64,000 bases of DNA from Laetmonice hystrix (Eukaryota): the NCBI GenBank assembly GCA_965235115.1, contig OZ249445.1:10726001-10790000 (forward strand). Reading direction: 5' to 3'. The notes under the pieces are model-generated. The model ran no database searches. It was not told the DNA's origin and saw only the letters and a list, made by a program, of their open reading frames with translations. The stretch's first letter is position 1; each line of letters opens with the position of its first letter. Both the position numbers and the translations under genes were made by a program. Of this stretch, positions 1-9,200 are shown in pieces.

Positions 1-121
1 ATAATTAACTTATGAGTGAAGTGAAAGTGTAATCTTTTACAAAGTTTTAAAGATTTCCAGCCTGTATGGAGTAACATGAAAGCAGATTTCACTAGAGCTA
101 GTTATTTTTGTTTGGTCTTAG

Positions 122-277
122 ATATTGCCCCGAATGCTGGAGAGTTTAGGCTTAGCTAGCAAGCCTCAAATGTACTCGCGGTTTGTGGAGGTGTACAAAC
201 AGATGTGGGCATTGAATGGAGACCACGTGAGTCGTATCTATGCCGGAACAGGTGCACTGGGTGGAGGCAAATCAAAG
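122..277 (+). CDS. SYNJ1: Synaptojanin exon: end of SAC1 domain ([10 protein letters not shown]...[20 protein letters not shown])
   Basis: Acceptor ttag at 118-121, donor gtaag at 278, phase 0/0. Confidence 0.95.
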
Positions 278-3200
278 GTAAGATTGCAGAGTAAATGGTT
301 CAGATATTTGTGCTTTTTTTTATTACTTATCTTGGAGGATCTAGGATCTTAAAGAAAGGAGTATCCAAATCTCCAGTGATGTGTTTGCAAAGAGGGTCAA
401 GATTCCCCACTGTCTATCTCACAACACTAAAAACAAGTGTTCTGCATGGAAAAGTCGCCAGAAGAAGCTGGTATTCAAAAATAGTAACATTTCCTTTACT
501 TTCCCCAGATATGAATCCTCATGTTATCTAGACACTGTTCAACATTGCACAGTAAACAGTAGTCAGAGATGGAGACTGGTTATGTTCAAGGGATTGTGAA
601 ACCTTGCAACAAGGTCTTTTCCTGATGGTTTATAACTAGAAATGTTTTTCAGCGTAAGACTGTGATATTTCAGCACTACAATGACGAATTAAGACGAAGT
701 GCCATGGTCCGGCAGCTGGTAATTTTGTAGTAGTAGTAAGATGCAAAATGATTAGGAAGAGATACTCCTTTAAAATAAACGAATTTATAAAGTGATTGTG
801 ACTGATAAAGATCCAAACTGTCCATCACTAACAAGTACTGAAGCATGGAACCATGCATCATAAGTGATGTTATGAATATTGCCTTCTATGCATGGTCGAA
901 TCATTGCTTTGTGCATGATTGCACCAACAGAAGACAAAGCTTGATGGCAACCGTGGCGACAGTTACTAATACCCATCTAAGTTTTGTTTGAAAGGGTCAC
1001 AAGTAATGCCTGTGGAGTGAATGATACGGCTGGGCGAGTTCTTGTCTGTGAAGGGTTTCCAGCATTTCATACAACTCGGAGGCATGGACAGCATTTTGTA
1101 TGTCTGGGAGGCAGGGACAGCCGTGGTTCAGCTGTATGGGTATTCGGGTTGTTCCCCTCAGTCACTTCTGTATTGACTCTAAAATAAACCAGATGGTGAC
1201 GCCCCAGTCAATGAGACATTTGACTAACATTTGTTAGTTAAGCATAATGTATTTGATAGACTCTAAGGTGACTAACATAACGGCCAGTAAACTTTTAATA
1301 GCATTATAAATGGCAGACTGATGCAGAACATTTTTATTCAACTTTCATGGTATGTAGATCCAATGTGAAATAATAGATACAAAATAATTTAAGAATTATA
1401 CCCCAACATTAATCAAAGAGCACTTTATTTTTGCCGTATGAAGGTTCACCAATCGGTATGTGGCCTCCTGCTTACTTATAATCCTCAGTCCCTAGTCCCC
1501 CAGCCCCAGCTCAGGTTGACCTTTGGGAATCCGTGGAGGTTTGGAGGTTAGGAATAATGCCTCTGGTAAATGTTTTGGGGGTTTTTTTTAGTACCAGTAT
1601 TTATGCCAGATCGTAGGGGGATCTTTCTGAAATGTGCAGAAGGCACTGGTTATGTAACATATTTACAGTAAGAAAAGTTAACTTATGTGCATGTCTTTTT
1701 ACCTTATTTTACTCTTTGGATGGTATTATTATCTTGGGCTTAGAAAAGTGATCATTGGGAATGCAATGGAGTTTTTTCCTATTGGTGATGGATTTCATTT
1801 TCATCTCAAAAGAGCATTTTCGGGACATCATCAGGTGCATGTACTGGACCATTGGAGAAGGATCACATTTGTTATTATATTGATAGTGATATACATAAGC
1901 TCTGAAAAAGAAATGTTTTTTTTTAATCAAATACTAATTAAAAAAACACATCTGAAAACACAGAAGTCATTCAAAGAAACATTTACCTTAGATGGCGCTT
2001 GTTTTGAAGAGGTAATATTACTATATCCTCGGGATAGGGTAGAGCACTGTTGGTAGATCTATGGAGAGTACATCAGGAATGTTGACCTATTTTTTGTAGT
2101 GTTCTGATGGTTTTATTTGATTTGCTAGGCAGGGGATGCAGCAAGGTCAGCAACAAGAACAATCCAGAACAACTTCCTCGATACCAGCAAACAGGAGGCC
2201 ATCGACGTGTTGTTGCTAGGCAACACTTTGCGAGGAGACTTGGCTGACAAGGCCAGGGCCCTTCTCTCCAGCTCTAGTCTTCACGGTACGTTACGGAAGA
2301 TCTTTCTTACACACAAAAGTCAACTCAGACTATATGTACATGTACATTTCTTTTAGAATTTGAAGTCATAAGATATTTTGGACTTTTTTTTTTGTAGTAT
2401 GCAGGTATAGAATGCAGTTGTTGAGATTGATGTGTTTGTTGTTGTGGTCATGTAGCGGCACCCAACATCCTCAAGTTGATGATTGGACGACACCCAGACT
2501 ACACCACAGTATCCAACCTACGAGTGGCCTGTGGAACATGGAATGTCAACGGCGGCAAACATTTCCGTAGCATTGCCTACAAACACGAGTTGATCACCGA
2601 TTGGCTCTTAGACTTGCCACAGCTCACCAAGGAGAGCAGACCAGGTAACGTTTACAGGGGTCAATACCAGCTGTCGGGTGTATTCAGTTCTCAATGTTCC
2701 AGGCATTTAAATTTAAAAGTAATTAGTCAATACAAGGCAAATGTGCAAGAGTCCAAGAGCCACCTAACTCTGTCACGGTAATGGACAAAATGTTTTGTCC
2801 CTGTGAGAAAACCATTATCAAAACATTTTGTCCATTACTACGACAGAGTTAGGTAGCTGTTGGACTGTGGCACATTTGCCTCGCATTGACTAGTAAAATT
2901 AAAAGTAAGAGCTTCTTTCCTTAACCAAATCTAACATACTGCACAGTGCACATATATCTAACATTAATATTTTAGCATGAGATATCATAAATTTGCATTC
3001 ATGCCCTTGGGGAAAAGTGATGTTAATTCTGTTATTTTGAAAGACTGGGAAAAACTTATGTAGTGCTCTGTTTCTTTGATTAAAATTCTCTGTTGTGCCG
3101 TTTCTCTTGAAGACCTGATATCACCAGAATGCGACACCAACATCCCTATTGATATGTTTGCCATTGGTTTTGAGGAGATCGTGGATTTGAACGCGAGTAA

Positions 3201-6200
3201 CATCGTCAGTGCCAGGTGTGAATTCGTGACATCTATGCATTAATTATAGATTTAATTAAATTTCTCAAACTCAGTTTAATGTTGATTACTATTTATGTGA
3301 AATTTTTACTCAGAAATGTGTATGTGTCTTTCAGCACCTCAAATCAAAAAGAGTGGGGTGCATTCCTACAGAAGGCTCTCTCCAGGGACCGGAAATACAT
3401 CCTACTGACATCAGCCCAGCTTGTCGGGGTCTGCCTCTTTATCTTTGTAAGGCCCCACCTTGCTCCAATCATAAGGTAACACTCATTTTAAGTGTAATCA
3501 TACAAATAGAGACAACAAAATTGTGATATGTATTAATGGCAGAGATATCTGCCGAACGAATATTCATAGATCTATCACAGTGTTACTCTGAATGCCGTAA
3601 AGCTAAATATTTTTATGCCCAATCAGAGAATTGGGTCTTATGTTACAGTTGCCCTGAACTGTGTTGAGCGAATATTGAATATTGAAACCAAAAAAAAAAT
3701 AGAAGCCCATTATGTTCCATTTTTGTCTGTAAACTTCCAGGGATGTTGCAGTTGATACAGTTAAGACTGGCCTAGGTGGCGCCACGGGAAACAAGGGAGC
3801 AGTTGCTATTCGCTGTATGGTCCACAGCACGTCTCTGTGCTTCATCTGCAGCCATTTTGCTGCTGGACAAAAGGAGTGGAAGGAACGCAATGCAGATTTT
3901 ACTGAAATCTCTCAAAAAATATGTTTTCCAATGGTAAGTCCTTTTTTGTCTGAATACTACAGACTCTTAGAAAAAGATATGCTCCAATAATCTACTTTAA
4001 ATACTTGGAAAAGTAAGTTCCATTAAGTTAAAATAATATCAAGAGAAAGACATTGCTATAGTTGCATAAGTCTCAGAGCCATAAGTCTCAGAGCTAGAGA
4101 ACTGGATTGCTAGAGAAGTAACTTAACAAGACTGATCAAGAATGATTGTGTCCAAGACGTTTGCTTCTTTTATATGATAGATGATAGGTGAAGTCTGTAT
4201 TGATACTAGATATGGTTTTGTAGTGATTTCGGTCAGTCTTTTAGGAGTGTTACATTTCTGTAGATGTCACCCAATGTGAAGTTCTGCTGTCATGTTTTCC
4301 CAGTAGAATTTGAAACTGTTCTGACCTCAGGATATTTTTCAGATAAGTTTCTTTATCAAATTCCCTGGTGATATTTAACATAGATTTTGTGTGCACATGT
4401 ATGCAGGTTGTCAGCCTATCTATACCGGTGATGCAATTTTATGAGTTAATCATTAATGGTGAGATGTAACACTTTCTGTCTTTTTTCCTGCAGGAGTTTT
4501 GCAGGGTAGGTTTTTCTTGCATAGTTTCACGTTTTTGGTATACCCCTGACATGCCTGAACTAATGCATTGACCTGTAGCGTGATGAACCCAGATCCAGTC
4601 AAAGTCAGGCTGACCAGGCTTCAGTTAATGCCAAAGAGTCGGTATAATACTTATGTGCTTGGAACATTAATTTGGCATATGATGTATTGATTTGTGTGAA
4701 AGAAGAAATTTCTGTTGGATCATGACTTTTAGTTTGGATGAGAGCACTGCTTGTAAATGGTGCAGAACCTTACACAGCCATATGTATAGGTACTTCCTCT
4801 AGTGGAATGGGCTGCATCGTAACTTCTCCCAGAAAACCCATGAATAATGCATGCAATATGCTTGAATATACGCATATTATTATAAATGTTGTGCATGAGA
4901 CTGATAGCCTACCATCCAGAGAATTGTGTAGGCGGGGTAAAAGGTGAAATCATTAATTACAAAGTTTATAAAAGGATTGCTGGGAATGCATTATTTCATC
5001 CTGGTCATCAGCTATGAAAAAAAGACGGCGCTTTCATGTCTTTGAAAATTCTTTACATTATGGTCTCGTCCATTAGAGTATCTATTGATAGAGTTTCCAT
5101 TCTGATTTATGAATGTTTGGTGCAGTGTAGAACCCTTAGTTCATAGTTTATTGGTTTTCAGGCTTACTATGTAGGCCTACTCTTGCATGAGATACCAATA
5201 GATTCAGTTGGTGCATGTGTTTTAATCAGACAGTTATCAATTTGAAATTGTGATTTCTGTACTTGGCGTTGATCAGAATTCTGCTTTCATTTTGACCTTT
5301 AGTAGAAAATCTTGTCAGTGATAAGCACAGTAAACTGATAGAGCATAGAACTTTCTCTAGAAACGGTATTGTCTAGAAAACCACATTTGGTATTGTTGTA
5401 AATGTTTCATGGTCTTGAAAGCTCTTATCAAATGCAGCAGATTGAGCCTTTGGTGTTGACTTTAGCCAGAGGATCAACAAGGTATCATCACTGGCAAGAC
5501 TCTCACTTTGAGTACATTGTAGTTTGTGAAATGTTCACTAGGTGGTCGCTCTTGCATCACCTTCAAGTTCTCTGGTACCCAGGCACAGTGAGATATGGAG
5601 CAAGACTGTTGAGTCTTCCTCCAGGAAATTAGAAGAAGCAGACACTGGAAATTGTTTGCACTAATAAAGGTGTTTGTCTTTTCTATGTATCAGTCAGTGT
5701 TTACTGTGTTGGACACAGTACACAGTTGTTGTTACTGAGATCACGTAGCTGATCTTTGTGTCATCCAGGCCCGCTCCATCTGGTCACATGACTACATCTT
5801 CTGGTGTGGCGACTTCAACTACCGGATTGACTTGACCAATGCCGAGGTGAAGGAGCTGATATCACAGGAGAACTGGGGAGCACTGCAGGCCTGCGACCAG
5901 CTCAACAAACAGAGGGAGGCTGGCAATGCAAGTACATTCAGCTCTCTACTAATGGTTGAGAGTCAACCAGATTACAAACAGTTGTGTCCAGGGTGCTAGT
6001 GGTAGTAATATAGTTAGTAACAGATTTTATTTGGAATGCATGTATTTGGAGTTTCCTTATAATATCATAATAACAAGTTGGCATATGATGAGTATAACAT
6101 ATATAATTGCATATTATAAATACGTATCTGTATTTTGTTTTCGTCGGCAGGTGTTCAAAGGGTTTGAAGAGGGGCAAACCAATTTTGCGCCAACATATAA

Positions 6201-9200
6201 GTACGACCTTTTCTGTGATGACTATGACACCAGTGATAAACACAGAACACCAGCATGGACAGACCGGGTCTTGTGGAGGAGGCGCCCTCTCCCTCGGCAG
6301 AAAGGTACTCTACTAATTCTGTCTATAAATCAAATTATTAACCAAATCAGGACAATTAGTACAAATTTTGGTTGATTCACATGTAAAATATTCTCAATTA
6401 TCATTTTCTGTGATGTTGTCTTAAGAGCCAAAAATTTTGGGCCGATAGGTCCACCTCCAACTTTTTCGGGTCTCCAACCACCCCTGATGTTTCTGCAGTT
6501 TTCTTTTTTTTGTCAACTACCCCCGGTAATGCATATTTTTAGCTTTAGGAATAGTTAAGTTATGGTCTGATAACTAGATCAATTTCATCCCATGGCCTGT
6601 GTCAGTTTGTGCATGGCTTGCAACTATAGAAGATTTCTTTTTTTCTGTACCCCTACCATTGATCATGTTTGTCTTCTTTCCAACTCCAAGTAATCCCAAT
6701 TAATAATTTTGCTTTTGTTTCAACCTTCTAAAGGTTCTAAATAAAATTTTGTGAAATAGTTTTAAAAGATCTATTTCCTTTGCAGAGTATGAAATTTGCC
6801 TTCACTATTACACCAATCCTCTTAGACAGCTAACCATTGCTAAAATAGCATTCGCAAAATTTAAGGTTGTGAAATTTTTCAAGCGTGCAGAATTCACAAA
6901 CTGTAAATACCGGTATATACCGGTACTTGGAAGTTTGATTAGAAGCATGATTTATTTTACATAGTAGCAGTTAATGATGTTTTCAACATTTATTTTTCCT
7001 TCTGTTGTATTCGCCACATTATTTTGTTGATTTGTTTATGATTTGCTGATGTTTAGATGATGAGCTGTCTTCAGAAGCTGAAAGTGTTTGTGGTGAGTTT
7101 GCCCAGTCCATGTCAGTATTGATTTTCCATCTGTGCTGCCAACTATTGGGTTACTACAGCAGGCCTGTAACTTGGTAGATGGTGCGGATGGGTGGGAGGG
7201 AGCGGGGGTGATGATATTGATGCCGATATTGTCCAAACTTTCCACTCTAAGAGTTTATTAGAATAAAGACAGAAAAAAGAGCTTCTGATGTATCATTTTA
7301 AAGGCAGGTCATAGGGTTTGGGTTGAAGGTTGCACCTACTTTGTCATGTAACTTGCTGTATGAAGTTCTGCTATCTTTGCCCACACACATACTACAGGGA
7401 AATACTACTGGATTGCTGATGTTGATGTTTGAACATTAGAAAATATATTGAATTATTTTAAAATAACCTGTAACTTTGCAATATTTTTACACTAACATAG
7501 GAAGTAAGTCAATAATCAAATTCATATTTTTTTGCATTGTGTAGGTAGACCAAAGAAATAATGTGGCTGTTCTCATAATCCTTTATGCATGTCTATACCT
7601 GTATTGTAGGAAGTACCACTTAATGACAAACTTAAAGAAGACAAGATTTTAGTCTGAAAGCTGTCAGCAAGTTCAAAGAATTGTTTCCCACCCCAGTCGA
7701 AATGTATAAAGGATCATTTGAACATGCCATCCTCCCATATCTGACTGTTGATCCCTCTCTGACTTTATGAACACCATCTCATCTGTTCTTCTGTGCATGT
7801 CTCCCTGGAAATTGTGGGCATGAAAGTAATACACAGTACAAGTCTTTTCTGACTAGGGTTAAATATTTATACCTAAATTAGCCATTTTAAAATGTACAGT
7901 TTCATGTTTTATGAATTTTGAGCATTTGTATGTGTGTGTGTGTTTGTAGTGTAAACTGGTCATTGGGTGATTACCAGATTGAGTGATTAGAACATTGTAT
8001 TCTGTACTCTCTAATTATATCCTTTAGCTCTCTCATAGTTTTACGAAAGTCAGGTACTTAGATATACAGTTTTCTACCATTGTTTTTTACTGCTGTAGTA
8101 TAGCTTAAGATTTCCTCATAGACACATGTACCAAATCTTGCAATTATGATAGAAAAATCTCATCGATTTATCTGAGGTTTTCATGAGCCAGGATTCTCTC
8201 CTGAGATCAGTATCTCAGAAGTCAAGGTTCATTCTTGGCTATAATGATGATGACACCATTGTCGTTTCAGTGTAAGTACCTGGTATTGTTGGTAGCTATT
8301 GTTGGTAGTCTTTGTACTGTATATGCCAAAAAGAAGTGCAGTGAAAACAGTTTTCATCGTCTTAACAAATGCTTTTTTTGTTGAATCGCTAAAGAAAAAG
8401 TTATACACTGTTTCTGTACAATCCAGACTTGGATCAGTTCCTGCACTGGAACCCTGGCAAGCTGCTGCTCTATAACCGGGCCGAGTTCAAGACGTCAGAC
8501 CATCGGTGAGTACCTGTACTTCACGCATCTGATTGTATAGAAGTGGAATGCTTGGACCCTGCACCAAATGGCACAAAGGGAAGTAGACTATAGGTACAGT
8601 GAAGTATTTCCCGAAAAGTTACAATACCCATTGACCTCAGTGACCTTAAAAAAGAACTCTAGGGAAGAGCCACACTCCCTGCCCCTGGTATTGATTCATT
8701 GTAGAGCGCCTGCAAACATACCCATTAAATTTACCATCACCGTTACATTCTGGTTCATTGTGACCTTACAGGCCAGTGATGGCCATCCTGGATGTGGAGG
8801 TGCTGACCCTGGATGACGAGAGACGTCAGCAAGTATATGAGGAGGTGATCGCCCAGCAAGGTCCTCCAGACAGCACCATTGTGGTATCCCTGACAAACCA
8901 GGAGGAGGAGGAGGAGTTCAATGATGACACTGTAGACCGGATACTGGCTGCGTTTGGGGAGATCGGCGAGATAATCCTTGTTAGGTAAGGTTGTCACATA
9001 CTCGTCAAGATTGGCTGGGGTTTAGGAATGGAAGGTGAAGCGAATGCAGGTGGAAAGTAAACGACTCAAATGATAAAATAAAAATATGATTGTCTGACTG
9101 CCATGTCAATTTTGGTCTCTTGGTAGTCAGTTTATGAGTGCTCCTAAAACTCTGAATGGAGTGTGCGATTCACTCTAACTTAGCCTCAGTATGTTGTGGT

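Noticed and set aside
8206-8271. Second candidate cassette exon in front of a strong |gtaagt donor at 8272
   Set aside because: It keeps frame only through a rare GAG acceptor; the nearby CAG acceptors (8191, 8210, 8218) cause frameshifts or stops
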